Source of the DNA: Oceanispirochaeta sp. | Lineage (GTDB): Bacteria; Spirochaetota; Spirochaetia; DSM-2461 | Reading direction: 5' to 3' | Assembly (NCBI GenBank): GCA_963663385.2 | Contig: CAXXXD010000001.1 | Location: 384,001-448,000, forward strand | Length of the DNA stretch: 64,000 nt | Notes under the pieces: model-generated | Seen by the model: only the letters and a program-made list of their open reading frames with translations | Told to the model about the DNA's origin: nothing | Databases searched by the model: none | Shown: in pieces, positions 48,668-59,274 of the stretch | Layout: each line of letters opens with the position of its first letter | How positions within the stretch are numbered: position 1 is the stretch's first letter | Position numbers and translations under genes: made by a program

Positions 48668-50818
48668 ATGAACAAAATTGAAAAAAGACCCTTAAAAGAA
48701 ATAGGATATGATTTTATCGGTAAAAAGTATATTCCAGATGGCAAGGATGAATACTATCTGAGGAATAGACAGGTTAAAAACTGGAAGAACTTTAGACAAC
48801 TCACAGCACATGAAATCGAAATTCTGGTTAAAAATGACAATTCTGCCGACAGCTGGAACGATATACTTGTTACAGACAGCTTTAACCCGAAACTGGTTAA
48901 AAATAATCAGTTTCATGGATTAATAAGAATAGGAGATCTGGAGAACTATTATCTGGAGTTTCATGATATCCGCCAGCCTGTCGGTATTTATAACTCCCAG
49001 ATTATATCCTGTGATATTGGTTCCAATGTATCCATAAATAACGTAAACCTTCTTTCACACTATATAATCAGGGATGAAGTAATTCTTCAGAATATTCATG
49101 AAATGGTAACAACCAGTTATGCCAAATTCGGAAATGGTATTATTAAAGAGGGAGAAGAAGAATCCCTGAGGGTATGGATAGAAGTCTGTAATGAGAATGG
49201 AGGACGTAAAATCGTTCCTTTTAATGCCATGCTGACGGGAGATGCCTGGTTATGGTCCCGCTATAGAAACAGAGATAAACTCATGCAGGCATTTCTTGAA
49301 ATGACACAGAATGAAGAAGATGCCCATCGGGGATTTTACGGGACCATCGGAACCCGTTCTGTTCTCAAGCACTGCCGGATATTGAAGGATGTTCATGTAG
49401 GAAGCGATGCTTATATAAAAGGTTCCAACAAGCTTAAAAACTTGACAATAAACAGTAATGCCGAATCTCCTACTCAGATTGGGGAGGGGGTTGAACTTGT
49501 TAATGGGATTGTAGGCTTTGGCTGCCATATATTTTATGGCGTTAAGGCCGTACGCTTTATAATGGACGATTATACCAATCTAAAATACGGCGCCCGTCTT
49601 ATAAACTCCTATCTGGGGAGCAATTCCACTATTTCCTGCTGTGAAGTTTTAAACTCACTGATTTTTCCCGGTCATGAACAACACCATAACAGTTCTTTCC
49701 TCTGCGCCTCTACTATATACGGCCAGAGCAATATGGCTTCCGGAGCCACTATTGGATCCAATCATAATTCAAGGGGTAATGATGGCGAAATTATTGCCGG
49801 AAGAGGTTTCTGGCCCGGACTGTGTACAAGTTTGAAGCATAACTCCCTTTTCGCCTCTTTTAATCTCCTGGTAAAAGGTTCCTACCCATCTGAAATAAAT
49901 AATCCCCTCCCCTTTTCCCTCATTTCCAATACCGAGGAGAGTTTGATTATCATCCCGGCTTACTGGTTTGCTTATAATATGTATGCATTAGCCAGAAATT
50001 CCTGGAAATACAAAGACAGAGACAAAAGGATAAATAGGAAACAGCACCTGGAATTCAATTATCTGGCACCGGATACGATTAATGAAATGTTAAACGCTCT
50101 CCAGATGCTTAGAAATTGGACAGAAGCCAATGAACTGTTTATAGAATCGTCCTATTCAGACCCCCATGATTTTTTACAGAAGGAAAATCTGAAACAGTTG
50201 AGAGCGGACCATATTGAAAATGGCAAAAGAAACGTCAAAATCATAAAACCGTCCCAGGCATATTCGCTCTATATCGATTTTATCTATTATTATGCCGTAT
50301 ATACCATAATAAATCATGTCGAACATACAGGAGATAGTATTGACGATATTCATGCCCTGTACGAATCCTGTAACGAGATTAGAGCATCATGGCTGAATGT
50401 AGGCGGCCAGCTGATAAAAGAAGAGAAGATAATGTCACTCATTGAAAAAATCGAAAATAGACAAATTCAATGCTGGTCTGAAGTGCATGATTTTTACAGG
50501 GAAGAAGAGGAACATTACAGTAAAGAAGTGCTGATTAATGCTTTGAAAGCCCTGAAAGAAATGGAAAAATTATCTGGAAACAAAGAGATAAACTGGAAAA
50601 CAGTCATTCAGAAGGGAATTATAATTCAAAAAAATATTGCTCAAAAAACTAAAGAGTCACGGGAAAAAGACTATAAGAATGAATACCGCAATATGACATA
50701 CTCTAATGAAGAAGAAAGGGATGCCGTGATTGGAAAGCTGACTGATAATTCCTTCATCAGCCATATCTATAAGGAAACAGAGTTATTTGAAAAAAAAGCT
50801 CTGGGTTTAATTAAGTAA
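48668..50818 (+). CDS. DUF4954-like protein with hexapeptide-like repeats
   Basis: FRQLT..EIE.L..N.N.A..W start, SCCEV.N, ATIGSNHNSR..DGE..AGRG; family recognised from memory. Confidence 0.75.
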   Translation: MNKIEKRPLKEIGYDFIGKKYIPDGKDEYYLRNRQVKNWKNFRQLTAHEIEILVKNDNSADSWNDILVTDSFNPKLVKNNQFHGLIRIGDLENYYLEFHDIRQPVGIYNSQIISCDIGSNVSINNVNLLSHYIIRDEVILQNIHEMVTTSYAKFGNGIIKEGEEESLRVWIEVCNENGGRKIVPFNAMLTGDAWLWSRYRNRDKLMQAFLEMTQNEEDAHRGFYGTIGTRSVLKHCRILKDVHVGSDAYIKGSNKLKNLTINSNAESPTQIGEGVELVNGIVGFGCHIFYGVKAVRFIMDDYTNLKYGARLINSYLGSNSTISCCEVLNSLIFPGHEQHHNSSFLCASTIYGQSNMASGATIGSNHNSRGNDGEIIAGRGFWPGLCTSLKHNSLFASFNLLVKGSYPSEINNPLPFSLISNTEESLIIIPAYWFAYNMYALARNSWKYKDRDKRINRKQHLEFNYLAPDTINEMLNALQMLRNWTEANELFIESSYSDPHDFLQKENLKQLRADHIENGKRNVKIIKPSQAYSLYIDFIYYYAVYTIINHVEHTGDSIDDIHALYESCNEIRASWLNVGGQLIKEEKIMSLIEKIENRQIQCWSEVHDFYREEEEHYSKEVLINALKALKEMEKLSGNKEINWKTVIQKGIIIQKNIAQKTKESREKDYKNEYRNMTYSNEEERDAVIGKLTDNSFISHIYKETELFEKKALGLIK

Positions 50819-51692
50819 TAATTTCATAAATACGATCCAGATCATCAGGGGAAAAATAGGATATCTCTATTTTCCCTTTTTTAAGGTTACCCTTTACCTG
50901 AACTTTAGTACCGAAGCGATCAATGAATTTCTGCTCTATATTCAGAATATCCGGTTCTTTGTTTTTAAGAACCGGTCTTTTTTCCTCTTTTTCCTTAATC
51001 CTTTTTCCATTATTAAGATCTTCTACCATTTTTTCCGCTTCACGAACGGATAGGCCATCATTCCTGATTCTGGAATGAAGAATTTTCTGATCAGCAGGAT
51101 TCACACAGGCAAGTATAGCTCTGGCATGACCTGAACTGATTAGACCAGCAGAAACAGAGTCCTGAACATCCTGCGGAAGATTCAATAAGCGTAGGCTATT
51201 GGCAATGGTCGATCTTTTTTTACCTACCTTGTCGGCTATCTGCTGCTGATTGAAACCCATGGCATCCATAATATGACGATAAGCCATAGCCTCTTCTATT
51301 GGAGACAGATCTTCCCGCTGGATATTTTCTATTAAAGCTATCTCAAGTTTTTCCTCTTCTGTAAAATCCCTCACTAAAGCAGGGATATTATCCCTACCGG
51401 CAAGCGATGAAGCCCTGAAGCGCCTTTCACCTGCAATTATGATATACTGGCTGCCTTTCTGTTCAACAATAATAGGCTGTATAACACCATTTGAAAGAAT
51501 TGATTCCGAAAGCTCCCTCAAAGACTCTTCGCTGAAGTTTTTTCTGGGCTGATCAGGATTGGTAAGAATTTCAGAGAGAGGTATTAACTGGATAGCATCC
51601 TGAATATCAGGCGTTATTCCTTCTTCAAAATTATCATCCAGGCTCAACAGGGCATCAAGTCCCATGCCGCCCAAAGCTTTCTTTTTAGACAC
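50811..51692 (-). CDS. parB: Chromosome partitioning protein ParB
   Basis: NPDQPRK, GVIQPI, IAGERRFRA, ENIQREDL, HTH. Confidence 0.97.
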   Translation of the reverse strand: MSKKKALGGMGLDALLSLDDNFEEGITPDIQDAIQLIPLSEILTNPDQPRKNFSEESLRELSESILSNGVIQPIIVEQKGSQYIIIAGERRFRASSLAGRDNIPALVRDFTEEEKLEIALIENIQREDLSPIEEAMAYRHIMDAMGFNQQQIADKVGKKRSTIANSLRLLNLPQDVQDSVSAGLISSGHARAILACVNPADQKILHSRIRNDGLSVREAEKMVEDLNNGKRIKEKEEKRPVLKNKEPDILNIEQKFIDRFGTKVQVKGNLKKGKIEISYFSPDDLDRIYEIIT

Positions 51693-52458
51693 GATCTAGA
51701 ACCTCTTGTGACAGTTTTTCATAGCACTTCGCCCCTATACAGGATGCATCATACATATTGATAGGAACTCCATGAGAAGGTGCTTCTGATAACCTTATAT
51801 TCCTCGGTATGACTGTTGAAAACAACATCTCAGGGCTCTGTTTGAAGGAATCCCGGACACTTTTTATTACTTCCTTCCCCAGATTCGTTCTTGAATCATA
51901 CATTGTGAAAATAATCCCCCCTATTTTAAGATGGGGATTAAGGTTTTTTTGAACTCTTTTAATCGTCATTGAATACATATACTTCAAACCTTCAAGAGCA
52001 AAATATTCACATTGCAGAGGTATAATTACATAATCGGAAGCTATAAAACCGTTTATGGTAAGAACACCTAATGAGGGAGGACAATCAATCAGAATATAAT
52101 CATACCGTCGTTTAACAGGTTCAATTGTTTTTTTAAGAATATGAAGAGACTCTTTTTTATCCACTTTATTCAATTCAACCGTAGCACCGGATAAATTCAG
52201 ATTGGATGAAATTATATCCATACCCTTCTGTGGAGATGAACTGATGGCTCTCTCTACACTGATATCACCCATCATGGCTTCGTAGATACTATTATCAGTA
52301 TCAGAAATTCCAAGACTGCTGGATAGGTTTCCCTGAGGGTCAAAATCTATCAGAAGAACCTTTTTTCCTTTCTGTGCCATATAAGCACCGATATTGACAG
52401 TTGTAGTAGTCTTTCCGACCCCACCTTTTTGGTTTGCAAAAACAATAACCTTACTCAT
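51685..52458 (-). CDS. parA: Chromosome partitioning ATPase ParA/Soj
   Basis: NQKGGVGKTT, DPQGN, IDCPPSLG, EAPSHG. Confidence 0.97.
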   Translation of the reverse strand: MSKVIVFANQKGGVGKTTTTVNIGAYMAQKGKKVLLIDFDPQGNLSSSLGISDTDNSIYEAMMGDISVERAISSSPQKGMDIISSNLNLSGATVELNKVDKKESLHILKKTIEPVKRRYDYILIDCPPSLGVLTINGFIASDYVIIPLQCEYFALEGLKYMYSMTIKRVQKNLNPHLKIGGIIFTMYDSRTNLGKEVIKSVRDSFKQSPEMLFSTVIPRNIRLSEAPSHGVPINMYDASCIGAKCYEKLSQEVLDRV

Positions 52459-52596
52459 AGGCTGAATTATATCTGATCACTTATTTCTTGTCACTTCAAT
52501 TGATTAATGTTGACCAATATCTTTTATTTAATTATTTTTAATATTCTAGAATACTTTTCATATAATATAAAAATTCTATATATTTAGGAGAATAAA

Positions 52597-52821
52597 GTGA
52601 TAAAAGAAAAAGTACAGAAGGCTCTGGAAGATGTTAGACCTTCCCTTCAGGCTGATGGTGGAGATATAGAGCTTGTAGAAGTAAAAGAGGATGGAACTGT
52701 CCTTGTTAAGCTGAAAGGCGCATGCAACGGCTGTCCAATGTCTCAAATGACTCTCAAACAGGGTGTAGAGGCATACCTGAAAAAACAAATTCCAGAAGTT
52801 TTAACTGTTGAGTCTGTTTAA
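52597..52821 (+). CDS. NifU C-terminal domain (NfuA-like) Fe-S carrier
   Basis: VRPSLQADGGD, GACNGC; AGGAG RBS with GTG start. Confidence 0.92.
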   Translation: MIKEKVQKALEDVRPSLQADGGDIELVEVKEDGTVLVKLKGACNGCPMSQMTLKQGVEAYLKKQIPEVLTVESV

Positions 52822-52943
52822 ATCATTTTTATAGCACTTTGTTCCGATAATTAATTAAACTTGATTTTTTTTGATAATGCTATAAATTTTAGTTAAAGTC
52901 CGGTCCTTATTAATCCGGACTTTAGCCGTTCAAAGGAACTACA

Positions 52944-54020
52944 ATGAGTGCAACAAAATATCAGAAATTCAATAATTCCTTATTAGATAAGGAATTATTA
53001 TATAAATTCCCTAAAATAGAATTACATCGTCATTTAGAAGGTACTTTTGATATTGATACGCTCTACGAAATATCCGTAAAAAATGATATGGATACCCCCC
53101 GTGATAGAACGGCATTTAAAGAATATTGTCAGTTTCCTAAAAATCATGATCCCGATTTCCTTTTATTTCTTAAAAAATTTCACAATAACTGGTATCAATC
53201 TTATGATGATGTTCAAAAATTGATCTACAACTCAGTCAGAAATATAAAAAAAGAAGGTCTTCATTATATTGAACTTCGTTTTTCTCCAGAACACTATGCA
53301 CTGGAAAATAATTACGACCGTATAGATATTACAAGGATTGCTCTGGAAGCGTCACAGGCTGCTGCAGATGAGACAAATCTCAAAATAAAGTATTTATTAA
53401 CCTTTAATAGAGGAAAACAGAGTCCGGAAGAGATGCTGGAATTATATAAAAGAATTCTGGATCAAAACTTTGAAGATATAATTGGAGTGGACCTGGCTGG
53501 TGATGAAACTCATTTTCCTCCCGAACTGTTTATTTCTTTCTTTGATGAAGTTCATAAGATTGGAAAGCATAAAATCGATATTCATGCCGGAGAAATATGT
53601 GATTCAGATCAGATATGGACCTCAATTAACGATCTGCATGCCAGTAGAATTGGACATGGTATATCCTCCTATTATGATAAAGAACTGCAGCAGGAGTTAA
53701 AGGACAGAAATATAAGCCTGTGCCAATGCCTAATTTCAAATTATCAGACAAATGCCTGGGCAGATTCCAGAAATCACCCCATTAAATATAATTTTGAGAA
53801 TGACATACCCGTATCCATCAATTCAGATGATCCTACAATTCAAAATGCTGATCTTGTAGAAGATTATTATAAAGTAATTGAATACCTTGGTTTTACTTTT
53901 GCTGATCTTGTTAAAATAAATCTTAATACTATTGATGCTTCTTTTCTGAAGGAAAAGGAGATAAAAGCACTGAAAAAGAGCTATCTTAATGAAATAGATA
54001 ATTTCATTAAGAACAATTAA
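52944..54020 (+). CDS. add: Adenosine deaminase family protein
   Basis: PKIELHRHLEG, DLAGDE, HAGE, RIGHG, NSDDP. Confidence 0.88.
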   Translation: MSATKYQKFNNSLLDKELLYKFPKIELHRHLEGTFDIDTLYEISVKNDMDTPRDRTAFKEYCQFPKNHDPDFLLFLKKFHNNWYQSYDDVQKLIYNSVRNIKKEGLHYIELRFSPEHYALENNYDRIDITRIALEASQAAADETNLKIKYLLTFNRGKQSPEEMLELYKRILDQNFEDIIGVDLAGDETHFPPELFISFFDEVHKIGKHKIDIHAGEICDSDQIWTSINDLHASRIGHGISSYYDKELQQELKDRNISLCQCLISNYQTNAWADSRNHPIKYNFENDIPVSINSDDPTIQNADLVEDYYKVIEYLGFTFADLVKINLNTIDASFLKEKEIKALKKSYLNEIDNFIKNN

Positions 54021-54028
54021 TTCATACT

Positions 54029-54158
54029 TTATCCACAGCTTCCTAAAAGTCCTCAAATTTGATTTATATTGAGATAATTCTATTAATATATAGTATTTAT
54101 TCCCACATTTTCACTTAATATTTTTTGGAATAGGAAAATTATTAACAACTTATCCACA
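54029..54158 (+). promoter_or_regulatory. DnaA boxes (two perfect TTATCCACA)
   Basis: At 54029-54037 and 54150-54158. Confidence 0.75.
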
Positions 54159-54177
54159 GACAGCTTAAACCTTGTAG

Positions 54178-54193
54178 TGTTTCACGTGAAACA
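54178..54193. promoter_or_regulatory. parS site
   Basis: Perfect TGTTTCACGTGAAACA. Confidence 0.95.
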
Positions 54194-54332
54194 TTTAAAT
54201 TTCAAATTAGCATTCCAGAATAATGATTTTTTCAACATAAAATTTATTGAAAGAATACCTTAACATATTTAGATGTTATTTTCTATTCTGAAGATTCTGA
54301 GTCTTATACATCATCAAAAAATTTTATCTAAG

Positions 54333-54348
54333 TGTTTCACGTGAAACT
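54333..54348. promoter_or_regulatory. parS site (one terminal mismatch)
   Basis: TGTTTCACGTGAAACT. Confidence 0.9.
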
Positions 54349-54399
54349 TATTTACTGCTATTCAGATAAAATACAGATACTTCTATCATTACTCATAAT

Positions 54400-54434
54400 A
54401 AAAAAGGTTGCCCATCAGTCAGGCAACCTTTTTT
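54400..54434. terminator. Bidirectional intrinsic terminator after gyrA
   Basis: AAAAAAGGTTGCC-N9-GGCAACCTTTTTT. Confidence 0.85.
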
Positions 54435-54441
54435 AACAAAA

Positions 54442-54457
54442 TGTTTCACGTGAAACA
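54442..54457. promoter_or_regulatory. parS site
   Basis: Perfect TGTTTCACGTGAAACA, 2 nt from the gyrA stop. Confidence 0.95.
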
Positions 54458-54459
54458 TT

Positions 54460-56961
54460 TTATTCATCAGTAGATTCAGTTGATTCAACTTTATCTATAC
54501 TTTCCTGTCTTTCAATTCCATCATCTTCTTCATCCTCTTCTTCCTGTGCAACAGCAACACCTATAACAGAATCTCCTTCATTGAGGTTTACAACCCTTAC
54601 ACCAAAAGCATTTCTTCCAATTATTGAAATGTTCTCCAGTTTGAGTTTAATAGCTTTACCCAGAGATGAAATACATATAATAGAGTTTTCTCCACTAACA
54701 GAAAGAACAGATACAAGCTTTCCTGATTTTTCGTTTATATTATAAGCACGCTGTCCCTGTGTACCTCTTCCATGGGGATTGAAATCATCAAAATTGGTTC
54801 TTTTTCCATAGCCATTTTCAGATAAAAGAAAGAGTTGATTATCGTCATTTACTGAAGCAACTCCAATCAGGACATCATCTTTATTCAGACGGATACCTCT
54901 AACTCCGTGAGAGTTTCTACCCATACATCTCACATCATTCTCATTAATCCTTAAACCTTTTCCGTTACGGGTAATAAGCATTACATCACTATTTCCATCA
55001 GTTAATTTGGCAGAAATCAGCTTATCATCCTCATCCAGATTTATTGCAATAATACCTCTGGTTTTAGCGTTTCTGAAATCATGGGTAGTAACCCTTTTTA
55101 CAACGCCCTTTTCGGTAGCCATAAAAAGAAAGGTTTCCTCATTAAATTCTTCCAGAGGGGCCATAGTTGTTATTTCTTCTTCAGGAGCAAATTCAAACAT
55201 GGTTTTAAGGTGTTTTCCTCTGGATGCTCTGGATCCCTCAGGTATTTCATAAACCTTTAACCAGTAAGCTTTCCCCTCACTCGTTACAAACAGAATATTA
55301 CTATGGGTAGAAGCAATAAAAATGTGCTCTATAAAATCCCCATCCTTTAATGTAGCTGAATTAGAACCCTTTCCTCCCCTTCCCTGCTCTTTATAGGCAG
55401 ATACAGGAAGTCTCTTGATAAAACCTCTGTTCGAAATAAGGACAACCATATCCTCTTTTTCGATAAGATCTTCAATATTCATTGAACCTATTTCTTCAGG
55501 TCTTATTTCAGTTCTTCGCTCATCACCATATTTTTCGGATATTTCTTTGGTTTCATCTTTAACTACACCGAGAATTTTTTCTTCATGTGCTAAAAGATCT
55601 TCCAGATAGGTAATATATTCCTGAATTTCCTTCAATTCATCCAGGATTTTCTGCGTTTCGAGACTTGTAAGCTTTTGAAGTCTCATATCAAGGATAGCCT
55701 GTGCCTGAACTTCAGAAAAATCAAATCTCTGCATCAGATTAGCTCTTGCCATATTTACATTGCTGGATTTTTTAATAATCTCAACAACTTCGTCAATATT
55801 TTCCAGAGCTACTTTAAGACCTTCCAGAATATGAGCTCTTGCTTTTGCTTTCTTTAGCTCATATTCTGATCTTCTTCTTACAATTATCTGCCTGTGTCTT
55901 ATAAAGTGATCCAGCATATCACGAAGACTGCAGACCTTTGGCATACCGTCTACCAGAGCCAGGTTATTCACATTAAAATTAACCTGAAGATTGGTATGGG
56001 CAAAAAGCAGATTTAGTACAACCTTTGGTGATACGGATCTTTTAAGCTCTATATAGATACGCATTCCTTTTCTATCAGATTCATCCCTTAGATCGGATAT
56101 GCCTTCTATTTTTTTCTCTTTTATAAGATCAGCAATTCTTACAATCAGATTAGCTTTATTAACCATATAAGGAAGCTCAGTAATGATTATAGCATCTTTC
56201 TCGGTACTAACTTCTTCCAGATGGTATTTAGATCTTACAGTAATTTTACCCCTGCCTGTATTGGCAGCCTGTCTTATTCCTGATCTACCATAAATAACAC
56301 CGGCAGTAGGAAAATCCGGTCCCTTTATATATTCTAGAAGTTCATCAGTTGTTATTTCCCTGTTGTCAATAACAGCTGTTATAGCATTGCATACCTCTTT
56401 TAAATTATGAGGGGCCATATTGGTGGCCATTCCTACCGCAATACCGCTGGCACCGTTTACAAGTAGCATTGGAAATGCTGTTGGTAGAATAAGAGGTTCT
56501 TTCATGGAATCATCATAGTTAGGACCAAAATCAATCGTATCCTTTTTAATATCCATGAGAATGGCATCGGCTATCTTGGCCATACGGGCTTCTGTATAAC
56601 GCATGGCTGCAGGTGGATCACCATCAACCGATCCAAAATTACCCTGCCCCTGGACAACAGGTACTCTTAATGAAAAATCCTGAGCCAAACGAACAAGTGC
56701 ATCATAGATTGACTGATCACCATGAGGGTGAAATTTACCCAGTACATCTCCAACAATACGACCACACTTTTTATATGGTCTGTCATTTCGCAATCCCATT
56801 TCACTCATGGAATAGAGAATTCGCCTATGCACTGGCTTTAAACCATCTCTGACATCCGGAAGAGCCCGGCTGACAATAACAGACATGGCATAATTCAAAT
56901 ATGATTCTTTCATTTCATCTTCAATAGCAATCGGGATGATATTTTCAGATTGATCCTGCAC
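54460..56961 (-). CDS. gyrA: DNA gyrase subunit A
   Basis: DGLKPVHRR, HPHGD, AAMRYTE, GyrA-box QGRGGKG. Confidence 0.98.
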   Translation of the reverse strand: MQDQSENIIPIAIEDEMKESYLNYAMSVIVSRALPDVRDGLKPVHRRILYSMSEMGLRNDRPYKKCGRIVGDVLGKFHPHGDQSIYDALVRLAQDFSLRVPVVQGQGNFGSVDGDPPAAMRYTEARMAKIADAILMDIKKDTIDFGPNYDDSMKEPLILPTAFPMLLVNGASGIAVGMATNMAPHNLKEVCNAITAVIDNREITTDELLEYIKGPDFPTAGVIYGRSGIRQAANTGRGKITVRSKYHLEEVSTEKDAIIITELPYMVNKANLIVRIADLIKEKKIEGISDLRDESDRKGMRIYIELKRSVSPKVVLNLLFAHTNLQVNFNVNNLALVDGMPKVCSLRDMLDHFIRHRQIIVRRRSEYELKKAKARAHILEGLKVALENIDEVVEIIKKSSNVNMARANLMQRFDFSEVQAQAILDMRLQKLTSLETQKILDELKEIQEYITYLEDLLAHEEKILGVVKDETKEISEKYGDERRTEIRPEEIGSMNIEDLIEKEDMVVLISNRGFIKRLPVSAYKEQGRGGKGSNSATLKDGDFIEHIFIASTHSNILFVTSEGKAYWLKVYEIPEGSRASRGKHLKTMFEFAPEEEITTMAPLEEFNEETFLFMATEKGVVKRVTTHDFRNAKTRGIIAINLDEDDKLISAKLTDGNSDVMLITRNGKGLRINENDVRCMGRNSHGVRGIRLNKDDVLIGVASVNDDNQLFLLSENGYGKRTNFDDFNPHGRGTQGQRAYNINEKSGKLVSVLSVSGENSIICISSLGKAIKLKLENISIIGRNAFGVRVVNLNEGDSVIGVAVAQEEEDEEDDGIERQESIDKVESTESTDE

Positions 56962-56980
56962 AATTAACTCCTAAGAAAGC

Positions 56981-58888
56981 TTATACATCAAGGTTTGATA
57001 CTGACAGAGCATTATCTTCAATAAACCTCCGTCTTGGTGGGACATCTTCTCCCATGAGAGTTGTAAACATCTCATCAGCAGCAACAAAATCTTCCAGTTT
57101 AACTACTTTCATAAATCTTGTTTCCGGATTCATGGTAGTTTCCCACAACTGCTCCGGATTCATCTCTCCCAAACCTTTATATCTCTGAATACCAATTTTA
57201 TCTTCTGATACATCCAAACCTTCCAGATATTTTTCTTTTTCTGCATCATCATAGACATAATGAGATTTTCCGTTGGCTGTAATCTTATAAAGAGGCGGCA
57301 TGGCCAGATATACATGACCTGCTTCAATCAGAGGCTTCATATACCTGAAGAAGAATGTTAACAGTAGAGTACGAATATGAGAACCGTCTACATCAGCATC
57401 CGCCATAATAATTACTTTATGGTATCTCAGTTTCTCCAGATTGAATTCTTCGCCAATATTAGCTCCTAAAGCGGTAATAACTGGAAGCATTTTTTCATTG
57501 GAAATAACTTTTTCAACTCTTGTTTTTTCCACATTTATCATTTTTCCCCAAAGAGGTAGAATGGCTTGAAATTTTCTATCCCTTCCCATTTTGGCACTGC
57601 CGCCGGCTGAGTCTCCCTCAACTATGTAAACCTCACAGTTTTCAGGATTTTTATCGGCACAGTCTGCCAGTTTACCAGGAAGACCTGTGCTTTCAAGAAA
57701 GCCCTTCCTACGGGTCAAGTCCCTTGCTCTTCGTGCGGCTGCTCTTGCCTTGGAAGCCGTTATGGATTTTTCCAGAATCAAGTCTATAACCTGAGGGTGT
57801 TCCTCGAGATAGGAAGTAAGTCTTTCACTTACAAGTGAATCAACAATACCCCTTACTTCAGAGTTTCCCAGTTTGGTTTTAGTCTGCCCCTCAAATTGAG
57901 GTTCCGGTACTTTAACGGAAATAACACAGGTTAAACCTTCTCTTACATCATCTCCTGTTAAATTTTCATCCATTTTCTTTACCAGTTTGGATTTTTTCAG
58001 AAAATCATTAAGTGTGCGTGTTAAGGCTGATTTAAGACCTGATAGATGGGACCCTCCCTCTTTAGTATTAATATTATTAACATAGGAAAAAATAGTTTCT
58101 GCAAATCCTTCATTATACTGAAGAGACAGCTCTACTATAACATTATCTTTTTCTGACTCAAAATAGACCGGTTCTTCAAAAATGGGTGTTTTGCTTTTGT
58201 TCAAATATTGAACAAAAGATTTTACTCCACCTTCAAATTTAAAAGATCTCTCCTTTTCCGGCATTACCCTTTCATCAATCAGCTTTATCTCAATACCCTT
58301 GTTCAAAAAAGCAAGTTCTCTTAATCGATTGGAGAGAATATCATAACTGAACTCTCCCTCATCAAAAATAGAATCATCCGGGAAAAACCTAACAATAGTA
58401 CCGGTTTTATCGGTATCACCTATTACTTTTACCGCTTCCTCCGGAATTCCTATTCTATATTTCTGAAAATGTATCTTACTGTCTCTATGAACAGAAACTT
58501 CACACCAGCTTGAGAGGGCATTCACTACCGATACACCAACACCGTGTAAACCACCTGAGACTTTATAGGTATCCTTATCAAACTTTCCGCCTGCATGAAG
58601 CTTTGTCATTACTACTTCAAGAGCACTTACATGTTCTGCCGGATGCATATCAACAGGTATTCCCCGTCCGTTATCTACAACACGAATAATATTCCCTTCT
58701 TCAATGTAAGCAGATATTTCTGTACAATAACCGGCTAATGCTTCATCAATACTATTATCAACAATCTCATACACCAGATGATGTAATCCTTCAGGACCTG
58801 TGGATCCTATATACATACCTGGTCTTTTCCGAACAGCCTCCAGACCTTTTAATATCTGAATATGCTGAGCATCGTAATTATCCTGCAT
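56981..58888 (-). CDS. gyrB: DNA gyrase subunit B
   Basis: [39 protein letters not shown]. Confidence 0.98.
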   Translation of the reverse strand: MQDNYDAQHIQILKGLEAVRKRPGMYIGSTGPEGLHHLVYEIVDNSIDEALAGYCTEISAYIEEGNIIRVVDNGRGIPVDMHPAEHVSALEVVMTKLHAGGKFDKDTYKVSGGLHGVGVSVVNALSSWCEVSVHRDSKIHFQKYRIGIPEEAVKVIGDTDKTGTIVRFFPDDSIFDEGEFSYDILSNRLRELAFLNKGIEIKLIDERVMPEKERSFKFEGGVKSFVQYLNKSKTPIFEEPVYFESEKDNVIVELSLQYNEGFAETIFSYVNNINTKEGGSHLSGLKSALTRTLNDFLKKSKLVKKMDENLTGDDVREGLTCVISVKVPEPQFEGQTKTKLGNSEVRGIVDSLVSERLTSYLEEHPQVIDLILEKSITASKARAAARRARDLTRRKGFLESTGLPGKLADCADKNPENCEVYIVEGDSAGGSAKMGRDRKFQAILPLWGKMINVEKTRVEKVISNEKMLPVITALGANIGEEFNLEKLRYHKVIIMADADVDGSHIRTLLLTFFFRYMKPLIEAGHVYLAMPPLYKITANGKSHYVYDDAEKEKYLEGLDVSEDKIGIQRYKGLGEMNPEQLWETTMNPETRFMKVVKLEDFVAADEMFTTLMGEDVPPRRRFIEDNALSVSNLDV

Positions 58889-59010
58889 TTTTTGTACCTA
58901 AAATTGTTATTTGATAAGATAAATCAGTATATATTCGTGAGATAAAAAAGTAAAGACAGTCCATCTCTTGTCATAAAAATCATTTTAACCTAATATACCC
59001 CCCATTCTCC

Positions 59011-59248
59011 TGTTGATAATTTGTGGATAAATCGAATTAATCAATTGTACTACAGGAAATACAAAGGCTATAATTTAGGAATAACTTATTTTGTTTTCAT
59101 CCAGATTTGTGGATAACAATAACATCTACATACAAGATAAGTATTTAACTTGTTAATAAATCTAATAATGAATGTTTCATGTTTTTTTTTATTATCAGGC
59201 CCATTATCATATATACTAATTAAGCATCCCTTTGATTAATGTGGATAA
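59011..59248 (-). promoter_or_regulatory. DnaA-box cluster upstream of dnaA
   Basis: TGTGGATAA at 59022, 59108 and 59240; TGTTGATAA at 59011. Confidence 0.85.
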
Positions 59249-59274
59249 ACTGTTAACTGGAGTAAAATTAACTA

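Noticed and set aside
52894..52924. Hairpin TAAAGTCCGG/CCGGACTTTA upstream of adenosine deaminase as a purine riboswitch
   Set aside because: A single stem with no three-way junction or purine-aptamer consensus, and the leader is too short; more likely a terminator, stabiliser or operator.
52944..54020. Adenosine deaminase as part of an anti-phage (RADAR-like) system
   Set aside because: Ordinary ADA size and motifs, with no partner AAA+ ATPase or defence context.
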